62,946 nucleotides of DNA, filler included, from Pirum gemmata (GCA_002812295.1; 27 parts of 27 records of this genome joined end to end with filler, not necessarily neighbours in it); one strand, 5' to 3'. Positions 12,435-26,050 are shown, counted from the first letter of the whole stretch. Made by a program: numbers and translations. Notes: a model not told the origin generated them from the sequence alone.

Positions 12435-12622
12435 ATATGGCGCAGAAAAATTAAAAAAACATCCAACTTTTTTTTACTAATTAAAAGTCTCAACTTTTTT
12501 TTTTTTGTTTTTTGTTTGAAAATTTCAAATCTATTAAATACCTATTACATTACTTTTGTTCGAAAATTGAAAATTTTAGTGAAACCCAAAAGTTCGGCGT
12601 TTTTTAATTGTTTGCGCCATAT
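12435..12622. mobile_element. MITE with about 35-bp imperfect TIR
   Basis: ATATGGCGCAGAAAAATTAAAAAAACATCCAACTTTT ... AAAAGTTCGGCGTTTTTTAATTGTTTGCGCCATAT. Confidence 0.75.
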
Positions 12623-12659
12623 TAGGCGATTTTGTTTGTGGGGATAAATACTGGATAAA

Positions 12660-12845
12660 TTCATTTAGTTTCTCACTCTTTTTTAAAATATTTATTTGGA
12701 GGGTTATAATCTTTAAATTGGCACTTTTTTAAATCAATACATAGATAATAAAATATACCAAATTAAATCAAATGGATTTATATTGTAGTAATTTGGTACT
12801 ATTTATTATATATTTATGATGACAAAACCACTGAATAGCACTATA
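12660..12845 (-). mobile_element. MITE family A copy (reverse)
   Basis: Reverse complement of the family A consensus; ends GACAAAACCACTGAATAGCACTATA. Confidence 0.8.
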
Positions 12846-13278
12846 CCATATTTGGGAGTCAGTGGGAGACTCCGATTAGCGACGATCATCGTTTTTTTAA
12901 AAAAAGGTTGTCTAAAAATTCAACAGCTAATTAATTACACTCAACAATAATAAAAACACGAATAAAAACACATAATCCCACTGAGATCTGACACTAAGAT
13001 TCAGAATTACCTCCAAATTGTACAATGTTCATTGTTCAATTGGTTTATCAGCCTAAAGTTATTATTAGTAGACCTATATAAAGCTATTTTTGTTATTATC
13101 ACACATCATTCGCAGATCCAAGGCATTAATAGATTACTGAATCTAAAGACTTCCTTTTTTTCAAAAAAAAAAAAAAAAAAAAAACCAAACTTCCTAAAGC
13201 AAACTTCCTCTAAACATGAGAGGGAATCTCTGTTTGCAAACTTTTTTTAATTTTATTAAAAAGAGATTGATTTCAAGC

Positions 13279-13437
13279 TATCGTGCTTTTCAGTTTTTTT
13301 GCCATAATAAAATATACAATAAAAAACACCAAATTGGTATATTTTATTATCTATTTATTCATTAAAAAATGTCAACTTAAATATTATAACCAACCAAATA
13401 AATATTCAGAGTGACAAAATAAATGAAAAGCACAATA
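13279..13437 (+). mobile_element. MITE family A copy
   Basis: TATCGTGCTTTTCAG ... GTGACAAAATAAATGAAAAGCACAATA. Confidence 0.85.
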
Positions 13438-13723
13438 GTCTTATGATAGAAAATGGAAGGAGTCTGTGCCACTCTGTGGATAGAATTATAATTAGACTAG
13501 AGTTAGGGTTAGGGTTAGGGTTAGGGTTAGGGAACATTCATAAAGGACATCACTTGTTCTTTGGTAGAAGTTATTGCTCGAAAGGGTGACTTAAACTGTT
13601 TTAGGCCGTAATTAATAGGTAAGATTAAGTGACATCCTTTAGGGTTAGGGTTAGGGTTAGGGTTAGCCTCTTATTTATTTATTTATTTATTTTATCGCTT
13701 TAGTTTTTGTCATCATAAAATAT

Positions 13724-13962
13724 ACTCATGGTGGATAAAATTGCAAAATCTGGCATATCATATGAGCTCAAAATCTGACGAAATCTTAAAACTCTCCAAT
13801 TTTAATGTAAGTAGTATCAAAATTTCAGAAATCGTTTAACTCAGAAAACTCTATAATGAACCCATGGTCAGTTTTTAATAATAATTTGGCTAGTTTTATT
13901 GAAAACGTTTTTAGAAAACAAATGATTTTACAGTTTTATCCAGCAGTGCTGTTAAAAAAAAA
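13724..13962 (+). mobile_element. MITE family D copy
   Basis: Homologous to 37010-37269 (CATATGAGCTCAAAA, TCCAATTTTAAT, GAAATCGTTTAACT, ATAATTTGGCTAGTT, TACAGTTTTATC); own inverted ends GGATAAAA/TTTTATCC. Confidence 0.75.
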
Positions 13963-14270
13963 CAACTAGACTAGCTACTAGCTAGGAGCTACTAGCTAGG
14001 TCTGTAAAAGTAGGGGTGAGATGACGTCATTTTATTATTACCGANNNNNNNNNNNNNNNNNNNNNNNNNNNNNNNNNNNNNNNNNNNNTTAATTAATTAA
14101 NNNNNNNNNNNNNNNNNNNNNNNNNNNNNNNNNNNNNNNNNNNNCATCATCATCATCATCATTATCATCATTATCATCATCATCATCATCATTATCATTG
14201 TCATCATCATCATCATTATCATATTTCGTCAACGAATTAGCCACCGATTAGCCTAAAACACTAAACTTAC

Positions 14271-14871
14271 ATTGTCAGGGCGATGCTTAAAATGGAACAT
14301 CAAGAAGCCTATATACCGGTATATATATATATATATATATATACATATATGTATATATATAATACTTTAGAGAAAGGAGAAGCTTAAACTTTTGTTTTGG
14401 CCACTACCATTACCTACCACCACTATCACTAATACCACTACCACTACCACTACTACCACTACCACAACTATCACGACAACAAAAACAACACTACTACTAC
14501 TACTACTACTGTTACCACCACCGCCACTACTACTACTACTACTACTACTACCACTAGTAGTAGTAGTAGTAGTAGTACTATTACCACCACCACCACTACT
14601 ACTACTACTACTGCTGCTACTACTACGACTACTACGACTACTACGACTACGACTACGACTACGACTACTACTACTACTACTACTGCGACTACTACTACCA
14701 CTACATCTACCACTACGACTACAACTACGACTACAACTACGACGTCTACTACTACTGCTACTACTATTATTATTATCATCATTACTACTACTGCTACTAC
14801 TACTATATTATTATTATTATTATTGTTATTGTTATTATTACTACTACTGCTACTACTACTACTGCTGTTAT

Positions 14872-14932
<61 letters not shown>

Positions 14933-15244
14933 GCTTTATTATTATTATTAATAATATCATTATTATTATACAACATTAAAATTCATTTTTTTTCTTTAGA
15001 AAATAAAATTCTTTTGTTCTTTTTCGGGTTCTTTTATATATGCTTAGTAAATACCTTCATCCTCAATTAAATTAGAGAAATAATATCGCAAATCGGCGGA
15101 TTTGAAATTTTTCGGAATATTGGAAATTATACAAGAAACGCTGCAAACCTGTTGGCAGTTACTTCTTTTACATCTTGGACAAGTTTTGGCTTCATCATTC
15201 ACAACATTTTCATTTTTTAATTTTAGTTTTTTGTTTTTATGCAT
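14271..15244 (-). CDS. GPATCH3: G-patch domain-containing protein 3, N-terminal exons (15055-15244, 14271-14308)
   Basis: Spliced ISNIPKNFKSADLRYYFSNLIEDE-GFLMFHFKHRPDN matches the conserved GPATCH3 N-terminus (S.IP...RSA.LR.YFSQF....GF.CFHYRHRPE). Confidence 0.85.
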
Positions 15245-16621
15245 TTATATTTTATTTTTATTTATTTATTCATTCCGTGTTTGGGCTGCTCCAGGCAAAG
15301 GGCCTGGTCAGCTCATATATATAAATAGAGATATAACTGAAACTGATTATGTTTTTGTTCAATTTTACGATTTCAACAAAGATTGCAAATAGTACAATTT
15401 AATATATACATCATTACAAGATCATTATGGATTATGAAGTATAATTAACTTTATAATAAAATGAAGTGTAAATAATAATAACAATAATAATAATATAATA
15501 TATTCATAATAATAGAAAAAAAATAAAAATGTATAGAAAAAACGACGAAAAACTCCATCATACTGAAAACTGAAATGTGATAACTAGACTAATGTGATCC
15601 TATCTAATTGATCCTATGATATCAGAAAATTCAGAACTCTATCACGATTCACGATTCACAAACTAATTCACAAACTCTATCAGACTTCTATCAGTCTCAG
15701 ACTCTCAGATACCCTCACTGGGCCCCTCAGATCAGATACCAGTAGCTATTGGTCAAATAGTCCTAAAATATGCATATATAATTATCTGAGTATATAGAGT
15801 GTATATAGAGGATATCATAATATTAGTATAATATTATAGATATTATAGACTATCCTGATACTTATTATCTAGACTACTAGCTAGTAGAGCTACTACTAGC
15901 TAGACTGTAGACCCCCCCCCCCCCGTCTACAACACTGCTCGCACTATTGTAAAAAAGGAGTAAAAAAGGTCAATAAAATACCAAATATCCACAATTCCAC
16001 ACCTACAGAACTACTCTAGCTAGTCTATAGTCTAGCTATCATAACTCTATCATAGTATCGATACTCTAGCTAGCTAGTAGAGAACTACTAGCTAGCTAGC
16101 TAGCTAACTAGGGTCTAGCTAGTAGTAGCTAGCTAGCTAGCTAGCCTACAGCTACTAGGGGTGTTCGTAGACCTTCAGTATTTTTTACCTACAGATTCGG
16201 AGAGGGGAAATTTTACAAAAAAATTACGCAAAATTGACGTATTTTGTATTTTTTACAAATTAGTAAGTCAAATGTAAGTTTTTAGTAAGGTTCGAAAAAN
16301 AAATAAAATAAAATAAAATAAAATAAAAATAAATTAAAAACTAAAATAAAACTAAACATAAAATAAAAATAAAAATAAAAATAAAATAAAAATAAAATAA
16401 AATTAAAATAAAAATAAAAATAAAAAATAAAATAAAAACAAAACAAAAATAAAAATAAAATAAAAATAAAAATAAAAATAAAATAAAAATGAAATAAAAA
16501 TAAAAATAAAAATAAAATAAAAATAAAATAAAATAAAAATAAAATAAAATAAAATAAAGCCTAACTCTAACCCTAACCCCGAATACTAATCTTTAATCCT
16601 AACCCTAAACATCCTTGTTAC

Positions 16622-16660
16622 CTCAAATAATACAAGATGAGCTTGAATATCTCTGGGTCC
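16622..16660 (-). CDS. Single exon of a KCTD/BTB_2-type POZ domain
   Basis: TTTTCAG|..(R)DPEIFKLILYYL(R)..|GTAAC matches the DRDPxxFxxILNYLR signature. Confidence 0.6.
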
Positions 16661-17388
16661 CTGAAAATATCATAATTTATAGAGTCCTATTAATCCACTT
16701 TTTTATTAATATTATTTTATCAGTAATGGTAATGAGCAAGAAATAACAGTAATAATAATTGAAATTAAGGATTACGAAACAAACAAAAAGGAGAGTAGAA
16801 TTTAGTAAAAAGAAAAAATTTAAAGTAAAGTAAAATACTATTAAAGATTTAAAATCTAAAAAAAATACAGAAAACAAAGCAAATAATATGAAATAAAAAC
16901 AAAAGAGAAGAGAAACTAATAAATAAATGTACATATGTACATACATACATACATATCAATACACACACATAACTATCAATACACATACATACATACATAC
17001 ATACATACATATTATTATTATTANNNNNNNNNNNNNNNNNNNNNNNNNNNNNNNNNNNNNNNNNNNNTTAATTAATTAANNNNNNNNNNNNNNNNNNNNN
17101 NNNNNNNNNNNNNNNNNNNNNNNATAACTATCCAAATAAATATTCAGAGTGACAAAATAAATGAAAAGCACGATAATACTTCAACTTTATGTAACAGTAG
17201 TAAAGATATTGCAAAAATTAAAAAATTAGTATCTAACTAAAATTGAAAATTATTTAGAAAAAACATTGGAGTCTAAAAATTCCAATCTTAATTAATTAAT
17301 AATTTAAATTTCAAATACAAAAATCTTTTTTAAAAAATAGTTGTTTCATGAATATTGATATTTACATAATTGCTATCAAATTTAAATA

Positions 17389-17511
17389 TAGACTCTTTTT
17401 TGGCATAATATTCATTTTGAACTGAATATGGTACCTTTTTCAATAAAAAAGTTACCATATTCAGTTCAAAATGAATATTAGAACTGAATATTATGCCAAA
17501 AAAGAGTTTTA
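17389..17511. mobile_element. Fold-back (near-palindromic) element
   Basis: ACTCTTTTTTGGCATAATATTCATTTTGAACTGAATATGGTACC..TTACCATATTCAGTTCAAAATGAATATTA..TATTATGCCAAAAAAGAGT forms one long hairpin. Confidence 0.75.
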
Positions 17512-18054
17512 GACTTTCATGTTGATAAAACCTTCCCATTTATTTAATTTGTAGAAAATCATATTAATTTAAATTTGTATTATTAATTAATATGAACATT
17601 ATATTAATACTAAGTTGTGCCAAGCAGGTGCCAAGGACCTTTATAGACTTACATAAATAATTGCCTGGCTGTTAGTTAGTTTTTTTAAAAGATGACATGT
17701 CAAATAAGTAATATTAATAATATAATAATATTATATAATATCAATTGAAAGTTATAAATTTTTAATTACTTCATTTTTTAAGTTTAATATTAAAAGTTGT
17801 TGATAGACTTCAATAGTTTAGATTCAGAAAGGTCTAGTTTGGTTTCAGAGGGTTCTAGTTTGGATTCAGAGGGGTCTAGTTTGGATTAAATTAATTTTAT
17901 GGATAACGTTTTAGATATTATTTTTCTGTATAATATTATATAGCAGAAAGTTCAGAATTCGCATATTTATCACTTTTTATCGCATAGAATGCACGTGTCT
18001 ATATAATATTATGATAACGCTTTTTTAAAAAATTAAAAGCACTGGATATATATG

Positions 18055-18780
18055 CTATATTTCGTCACATATTTAAGATTGCAATTTTTCCAACGTGTTC
18101 CTGGAAACTCTTTGAATATATATAGCTGTTGTTGTTGTTGTTGATATTAATATTGTTGTTGATGTTGATGATATGATGTTGTTGTTGTTGTTGATATTAA
18201 TATTGTTGTTGATGTTGATGATATGATGATGTTGTTGTTGTTGTTTGGGGTTGATTGTAACGTTGTTGTCGTTGCCTTGGCTGTTAAAAACAAATTAAGC
18301 TGGGATTAGAGTTAGGGTTAGAGTTAGGGTTAGAGTTAGAGTTAGAGTTAGGGTTAGAGTTAGGTTGTTGATATTAATATTGTTGTTGATGTACACATGT
18401 TAATGATGATGATGTTGTTGATATTTCGTCACATATTTAAGATTGCAACTTTTCCAACGTGTTCCTGGAAACTCTTTGAATATAGCTGTTGTTGTTGTTG
18501 TTGATATTAATATTGTTGTTGATGTTGATGATATGATGTTGTTGTTGTTGTTGATTGTTGTTGATCGTTAACGTTGTTGTCGTTGCCTTGGCTGTTAAAA
18601 AAAAAATAAGCTGGGGTTAGAGTTAGGGTTAGAGTTAGGGTTAGAGTTAGGGTTAGAGTTAGGGTTAGAGTTAGGGTTAGAGAGTGTTAGAGTACTTAGG
18701 TTAGAGTTAGGGTTAGAGTTAGGGTTAGAGTTAGGGTTAGAGTTAGGGTTAGGGTGTTAGGGTTTGGGTTTGGGCATGAG
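18055..18780. repeat. Tandem duplication of about 370 bp, each copy ending in (TTAGGG/TTAGAG)n
   Basis: TATTTCGTCACATATTTAAGATTGCAA..CGTGTTCCTGGAAACTC..GCCTTGGCTGTTAAAAA occurs twice. Confidence 0.9.
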
Positions 18781-19157
18781 AAATACAAACACGGTTAGAT
18801 TGTGTAGACTATGTAGGTTTCAGATATAGGGTTAGGTTCTCATACTCATGGTTAGGGTTAGCAAAAGGTTAGCAAAACAAAAATATATAAAAATAAAAAA
18901 ACAAAAAAACAAAAACAAAAGCAAAAAAAACAAAAACAAAAAAAAACAAAAACAAAAAACAAAAACAAAAAATTCGGAATACCTAGCCATGATTAGTCTT
19001 CACAAAAAATCAAATTCTTAATTCGTTTTTTGATTGGGGAAAAAGTCTAGGGAAAAAAAAGTGAGAAAGAGCAATAAATTTCTTTAACCAATTTTTATAA
19101 TCATTTTTATCACGTGAAAAAACTATTTTTTTTTTTAAAAAAAAAGTAATCATAAGA

Positions 19158-19237
19158 AGGAGGGATGAGATGACGTCATCTTATCAATTGTATGCTCGGA
19201 CCGGCGAACTTCCAGAAATTTCCTAAAGTTACTATAA
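19158..19237 (-). mobile_element. MITE family E terminus (truncated by linker)
   Basis: AGGAGGGATGAGATGACGTCATCTT..GCTCGGACCGGCGAACTT is the reverse complement of 40082-40135. Confidence 0.8.
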
Positions 19238-19508
19238 NNNNNNNNNNNNNNNNNNNNNNNNNNNNNNNNNNNNNNNNNNNNTTAATTAATTAANNNNNNN
19301 NNNNNNNNNNNNNNNNNNNNNNNNNNNNNNNNNNNNNAAATCAAAAGTAGTGATTTCCTTTTATGTGAAATATTCTTTTATTTGAGTTAAGTTAAAAGAA
19401 GTTAAAACATATCAAGTTTTATATTATTTTAATTTTTTAATTTTTTTTAAAACAGTTCATACATTTAAAACGATTGGTTTTTTAAAAAGTTAAATTTTTA
19501 GTTACTAA

Positions 19509-20120
19509 TCAAAAGATTGATATTGATGTATTGTTGTGTTGTATAACATTTTCTTCTTCATCAAAAGCATTGATGTACTCTAAATATTCCACAGCCTTCA
19601 GCAATGTACTTTGAACTTCTTCCGGACTCATTTTTTTACCATTCTTATTATCCCGTAATTTTTTCACTTTTTGATGATAGGAGTTATACCATGTTTTGAT
19701 TTTATACACACTGGGCAAAGGAAAATCGAAATTCGTGGTCTTTAACTTTAGTCTGGTAGATTCGGGTGTATGAGTACCCTCGTCATAGCAGTTTTGCATT
19801 TCTTTTTTTTAGTTTACCCCAGTGTTCATACCTGTCTATTGGTTTAAACAGGGCCCAGCCTAATACAATGTGTTTTTAATACAACGCTTTTGCTCTACCA
19901 CAAAACGTTTTGTCTTGGATGAAAGTTCTTGATCCATCTTGTATTTGTATGTCCATTCTCCTGATTTTTTGCAAAGAATAATTAATAGCAAACTCAACAC
20001 CATAAATCGGTTTTCGTTTCCCTTCTGATTCATTAGCTCCAGGTATTTCATTTTCTAACAATAAAGTTTCTGTATCCTCTTGATTCTCTTCTCCATCCTG
20101 AGTACTTGATTCTTGATTTT
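19509..20120 (-). pseudogene. Disrupted intronless coding region, possibly transposon-derived C-terminal domain
   Basis: Overlapping ORF pieces broken by frameshift/stops; ..QNCYDEGTHTPESTRLKLKTTNFDFPLPSVYKIKTWYNSYHQKVKK resembles the 'F..G....P....LPS...IK.W..Y' tail of DNA-transposon-associated proteins (recollection only). Confidence 0.4.
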
Positions 20121-20298
20121 GTATTAATATAACAATAACAATAACAATTTTAACAATAACAATAACAATAACAATAGCAATAATAATAACAATAACAATA
20201 ACAATAACAATAACAATAACAATAACAATAACAAAGTACAATAACAAATATTAATAACAATAGCGATAACAATTACACTTTTTGCTATATATATATAT

Positions 20299-20411
20299 TA
20301 TACACACTTTTTGCGGAATAGTCAGATAATTGTGCGAAAACTAGTACTTTTGTAATACAAAAGTACCTGTTTTCGCACAAAATCATGTTTATTATGCGGA
20401 AAGTGTCTATA
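20299..20411. mobile_element. Palindromic fold-back MITE flanked by TA
   Basis: Inner stem TTGTGCGAAAACTAGTACTTTTGTA-A-TACAAAAGTACCTGTTTTCGCACAA; outer TACACACTTT / AAAGTGTCTA. Confidence 0.75.
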
Positions 20412-20434
20412 TAAATAACATTGGCCTTTTTTCA

Positions 20435-20795
20435 CTCTTTTTCTACTATAAAGAAAGTTTAGCTAGACTATATATTTTTATCTTTCTTAGCTTTTCTACT
20501 ATAAAATAAGATTAAGTAATAATATCATATCCTTTTTAGCTTTTTCTACTAGAAAGTTTGTTTAAGTACAGTTTTATCTTTGTTTTGGCCTTTTGTACTA
20601 TAAAGTAGACTAAATTTGAGTATACAGTTTTATCTTTGTTAGCTTTTCCTACTATAAAGTTTGTTCAAGTACAGTCTTATCTTTGTTTTGGCCTTTTGTA
20701 CTATAAAGTAAATTTGAGTATACAGTTTTATCTTTCTTAGCTTTTTCTGCTTTAAAGAGAGTTAAAAGTGTATTGTTTTATCTTTTGTTTAGTAC
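20435..20795 (+). repeat. About 50-bp degenerate tandem repeat, about 7 units, with dimeric higher order
   Basis: Recurring TTTTATCTTT..TTAGC/TTGGCC TTTT(C/G)TACTATAAAG. Confidence 0.85.
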
Positions 20796-21255
20796 CAACG
20801 TGTACTAAAACATTCAATAATATCATTATCCTAAAACATTCAATAATATCATTATAAAGAAAGTTAATAGCATTAGTTTTGTCTTTCCTCAGCTTGTCTA
20901 GACTTTAGACCAGTCTTGACCTGAGGGACCTTACCTGAGGTAGACTTTACTACAGTAGACCCGGGGGGATCTAGTCTAAATCTGACAGCTAAATCTGAAA
21001 AAAAAAAAAAAAAAGCTGGTTAGGGATTAGCCCGAGGGGATTAGCCTCTCCCAATTCTAAAATTATTTTTTCCATTTTTTCGGGTTTATAAATAAATGAA
21101 TATACTTGAATACTTAATTAACTGACTCTTAACTGTTAGCTTAAAATTTTCGAACTTACTTAATTATTCATAGGCTCGAAAACTCGATTTTTTAAACAAA
21201 ACATAATTGGGAGAAAGCTTGGGAGGGTAAATTAAAAAGAAAAATAACAATAACA

Positions 21256-21305
<50 letters not shown>

Positions 21306-21881
21306 TTTGGGTTGGTTGTATTGGTTGTATTGGTTGTGTGCGTCGAATCTCAATTCCCGTGCCTCTCCTCTGTCTGCTCCGGTTAAGTCTGCTCTGATCT
21401 GCTAACAATAACAATAACAATAACAATAACAATAACANNNNNNNNNNNNNNNNNNNNNNNNNNNNNNNNNNNNNNNNNNNNTTAATTAATTAANNNNNNN
21501 NNNNNNNNNNNNNNNNNNNNNNNNNNNNNNNNNNNNNGTTGTTGTTGTTGGTATTATTATTGCTGTTGTTATTATTGTTGTTGTTTAGTAACAATGATGT
21601 TGTTGTTATGTGTTGGTAATTTAGTTCTATTTTTTATTAATACAGTTGTTGTTACTATTATTGTTATTGGTACTAACCCTAACCTTAACCTTAACCCTAA
21701 CCCTAATCTTAACCATAACACTCGCTTATAACCCTTATTAAGCTTTTTATTGGTTTTAATAATGACAATTTAAAGATTATAAATCATACTCAGAAAAAAT
21801 AAAAACACGCATTGGGTAACCTAATTATACTAATTAACCCTAGATTAGGTCTAATTTCTATTGTAATTTTATTATAAATAA

Positions 21882-22007
21882 ACTTACTATAATATAATTT
21901 CTAATTGATGGAAAAAATGCAAAATATACACTAGAACGAGAAGACTTACTATAATATAATTTCTAATTGATGTAAAAAATGCAAAATATACACTAGAACG
22001 AGAAGAC
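21882..22007 (+). repeat. About 63-bp tandem duplication
   Basis: ACTTACTATAATATAATTTCTAATTGATG..AAAATGCAAAATATACACTAGAACGAGAAGAC occurs twice. Confidence 0.9.
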
Positions 22008-23767
22008 ATTACGGTGACAAAATGTGGTTAATATGGCAATTAGGGTTAGAGTTAGGGTTAGGTAAAAATAAATAAATAAAATAAAATAAAAAAATAAAAA
22101 AAAATGCAATGACTTTGTGCATTTTTTCAAAATTTATTATTCATAATAATATATTTATCATAATTAATTAAAAATTTTTTAAAAAATTAAAAAATATTAA
22201 AAAAAACATTGAGCACTACATAATATTAGGAAAACAACTCTCCTTCGCTGAGGTGACCCAGGGGAACCTGGACTCTGCCATTTTTCCAAAAAGGCCAAAT
22301 TGGTAGAAGTCTAACGCTTACTCACTGAGCCACCACTTATAAGACTAGCTCGGGATTACTAGTTTTGGGTGCCCAATAATAATTGTCAAAAAACAATAGA
22401 AAAACGAGGTTTGTAGGATTCAAACTAAAAAAGGAAAATATCAATAAATGTTTATTTTTTAGAAAGTTTGGTTGGCTGGTTTTTAAAAAATACAAATTAT
22501 TTATTATTTCATAAATAATAATAATAAAAAAAATATAGGTTAGGGTTAGGGTTAGGGTTAGGGTTAGGGTTAGGGTTAGGGTTAGGGTTAGGGTTATAGT
22601 ATAATATCCCAAACAGTTACTACTGAAGGGCTAAATCCTAAATCCCCTACTAGTATGGTGCATTGCATCTAAGAATCCTCAACCTTTTTGAGACATAGTA
22701 ATATTTATATTCAATTTCGAATATATAAGTTTAACTTGTTCGAAATGTTCGAGCTACCAGAAAAAATTTAGCCACTTTTCAAAAGTTAGTAAATATTAGG
22801 CGTACTGTACCAAAAAGTCCAAAACATAGCTAGCAGAGTGCTAGCAGTAGCTGATTTAGCCTTTCACATTTTTTTAAGTAGCCTTTTTTTTTTTTTTTTT
22901 AAATTTTTTTAATTAATTAAATTTTAATAAAATATAAAAATAAAAAAAATAGCCACCCTTTTTAAAAACAAGCTTTTAGCCTTTTTTACTCTATTCGAAT
23001 AATCAACCAGAATGAACAATTAATTAAAAAAACTCTCAGCGTTTCTGTCTATAATAATTATTATTACATTATATTGTATCATCTAGTAGTTATAAATTTG
23101 GGTTAGCGACTCTTAGCGTTAGGATTAGGATTAGACCTAACTCTAACCCTAATTCAATAATAATAGCTTTACAGCTGTTTTATTGTACATTATACATTCT
23201 ATATACATAACTACAGTGGCGGTTTAGGGTTAAGAAGTGATAAACTAAGAACGTTCCAATTTAAAAAAGATGATAAATAGCCCTAATCCTAATCCTAACC
23301 CTAACACTAATCCTAATGTTAACCCTAAACCTAACCCTAACCATAACACTAACCCTGTCCCTGACCTAACTCCTATATATACATGATTACACTAATTATT
23401 GTGTACGTATTATTATATTATAGTATGACTAAAAGTAAAAAGTTAACTTGAAATGATTTTTTTAAAAAAGTGTCAATTAATTAAAAGAAATTTCAGTTTG
23501 AATCATAGAAAAAACTGTCTGGTAAAAAGGTAAGTTGTTTGTTAATGTTTGTTATTGTTTGGTGTTGTTTGCTGTTGTTTGTTGCTGTTTGTTGGTGATT
23601 GTTGCATTATACGTAGTCATTATTATTAATAATATTGATAATATTAATATTATATTTTTATTATTATNNNNNNNNNNNNNNNNNNNNNNNNNNNNNNNNN
23701 NNNNNNNNNNNTTAATTAATTAANNNNNNNNNNNNNNNNNNNNNNNNNNNNNNNNNNNNNNNNNNNN

Positions 23768-23823
<56 letters not shown>

Positions 23824-23834
23824 ACCCCAACACA

Positions 23835-25827
23835 ATGTCCTGGAAGTACAAATCCACTTTCAAAGATGTCGAGTTTAATAAAAATGGCGAAAAAATTAAA
23901 AAACCAAAAAGAAGAACTAGCCTAAAAGAAAACAAGCTTCTAACAAACATTAAAGAAAACCCAGAGTTGCGCACAAATATAAACGCAATAAACACAGCAA
24001 CAACAACAACAACAGTAACAAAACCAGAACCAATTTTACAATATAATGAATTTGAATTTCATATTAATGATTCCAAAGATAACGCAGTTAGTGTCCAAGT
24101 ACAACATTTAAATAAACCTAATGTCAAAAAAAATAATGAAAAGAAATCTAAACCAAAAAAACCTAAAGTATTAACTAAAAAACAATTGAAAGAACAAGAA
24201 AAAAAGAAACTGAAAGAGGTATTGATACCTTCGTCTTCGGTTGTTACAAGAGAAAAACCACCAGCACCACCAGCACCACCAGCACCAGCACAATCACCAC
24301 AACCGCCACAACCACCACAACCACCACAACCACCAACACCATCACCAACACCAACACCAGCACCAGCACCAGCACCAGCACAACCACAACCACAACCACA
24401 ACCACAACCAGAATCACAACCACAGCAACCACAAAACCAACAACAACAACAATTTACCGAAACCTTAACTAAAAGTATAACGGAATCGTCTAAAAAAGAA
24501 GGTAAACAAGAAAATGAGAAAATGATAGATGAAAATAAACATCAAAAACAAAAACAGAGCCAACCTGGTCAGCAACAAGAACAAGAACAAGAACAAGAAC
24601 AAGAACAAGAACAAGAACAAGAACAAAAACGAGAACAAGAACAAGAACAAGAACAAGAACATGACCTACGCAACGAGCAAAACAAACATTACGACTATCA
24701 AAAATACCATAGCCAACCACACCAATCACAATCACAATCACAATCACAACCACAACCACAACCACAACCACAACCACAACCACAACCACCACCACACCAC
24801 CACCAACAACACAGACAAGATTTTTATACAAGCCAAAGACAATACCATGACATTGAAGAAGATATTCCTCACCACCAACACCAACACCAACAACAACAAC
24901 AACATTATCAATACACTCAACAACAACAACAAATAATAAAATCAAATACAGAACAATCACCAAACCACATATATTCAATTCAAAACCTAATTCAACGACG
25001 CCATTCACAAGGCCAAGAAGACAGCCACCGCCACCACCACCACCACCATCACAACAATAATAATGAAGCTTTACTAAACCAAAGATTTCTAAATGAAAAA
25101 TCACTTTCATTACCATCAATCCATGATTATAATAACAATGCAATTATATATAACTCCGTGCCAATACCCATACTTAATAGCTCGTCTGTCGATTGTAATC
25201 TTAGTACAAACTTATTTATTCAAAATGAAAACATGAATATGAATATTAGTAATGCTAATGCTGCAAACATTGAAGGTAACCCAATAGAAAGATCCTTATC
25301 AGCGCCATTAGTTCCAAGCATTTTTGAATTAACATACAGTAATACTCATTTTCTGTTACAACAACAACAACAACAACAACGACAACATCTACAACCAATA
25401 GATCATTTAGACGGTCAGCCATCATCATCATCACCACCACCACCAACACCGTCACCAACGCCAACACCAACGCCAACACCAACGCCAACACCAACACCAT
25501 CTTCAACAACGGTAACAATGAATCAACAAACAGTTTCTCTATCGCATTTTGATTTTGATAGTGATCCAGAAATACAACGAAAACAAGAAGAATTAACTAA
25601 ACAACAAGAAGTACAATTACAATTATTGATACAACAACAACAAGTACAACAACAGCAGTTAAAACAAAGACAACTGAAACAACAAAGACAGTTTGTTAAT
25701 AGGCACAGTAATCCAAACGCATTGCAATTTGGAGTCGATTATTTAAATAGTTTTAGCGATTTTATGGATATAGAAACTTCACCTTTAATAACTAATAATA
25801 CAGAGTTTAATTATAATGTTAGTCTAG
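23835..25827 (+). CDS. Large Q/P/H-rich low-complexity protein exon with Lys-rich N-terminal region (possibly nuclear/regulatory)
   Basis: About 2-kb open frame with non-repetitive segments; probable donor GTAAAT near 25828 before a telomere-like tract; no domain recognised. Confidence 0.7.
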
Positions 25828-26050
25828 GTAAATACATGAATACTACCATTAATAATAATAATANGCTAACGCTAACGCTAACGCTAACGCTAACGCTAAC
25901 GCTAACGCTAACCCTAACCCTAACCCTAACCCTAACCCTATTTCAACCAAATTATTTCAACTAATTTTGTGCTACTTATAAAATAAATAACATTTTCAAC
26001 CGGTTTCCTAGAGCTTTTGCAAAGGTTACTTTTCAGGTTCTAGCTAGTAC

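Noticed and set aside
17330..17539. 69-aa ORF
   Set aside because: Coincides with a fold-back palindrome; no coding signature.
20435..20795. CRISPR array
   Set aside because: Repeats are degenerate, the variable parts resemble each other, no cas genes are present, and the context is eukaryotic.
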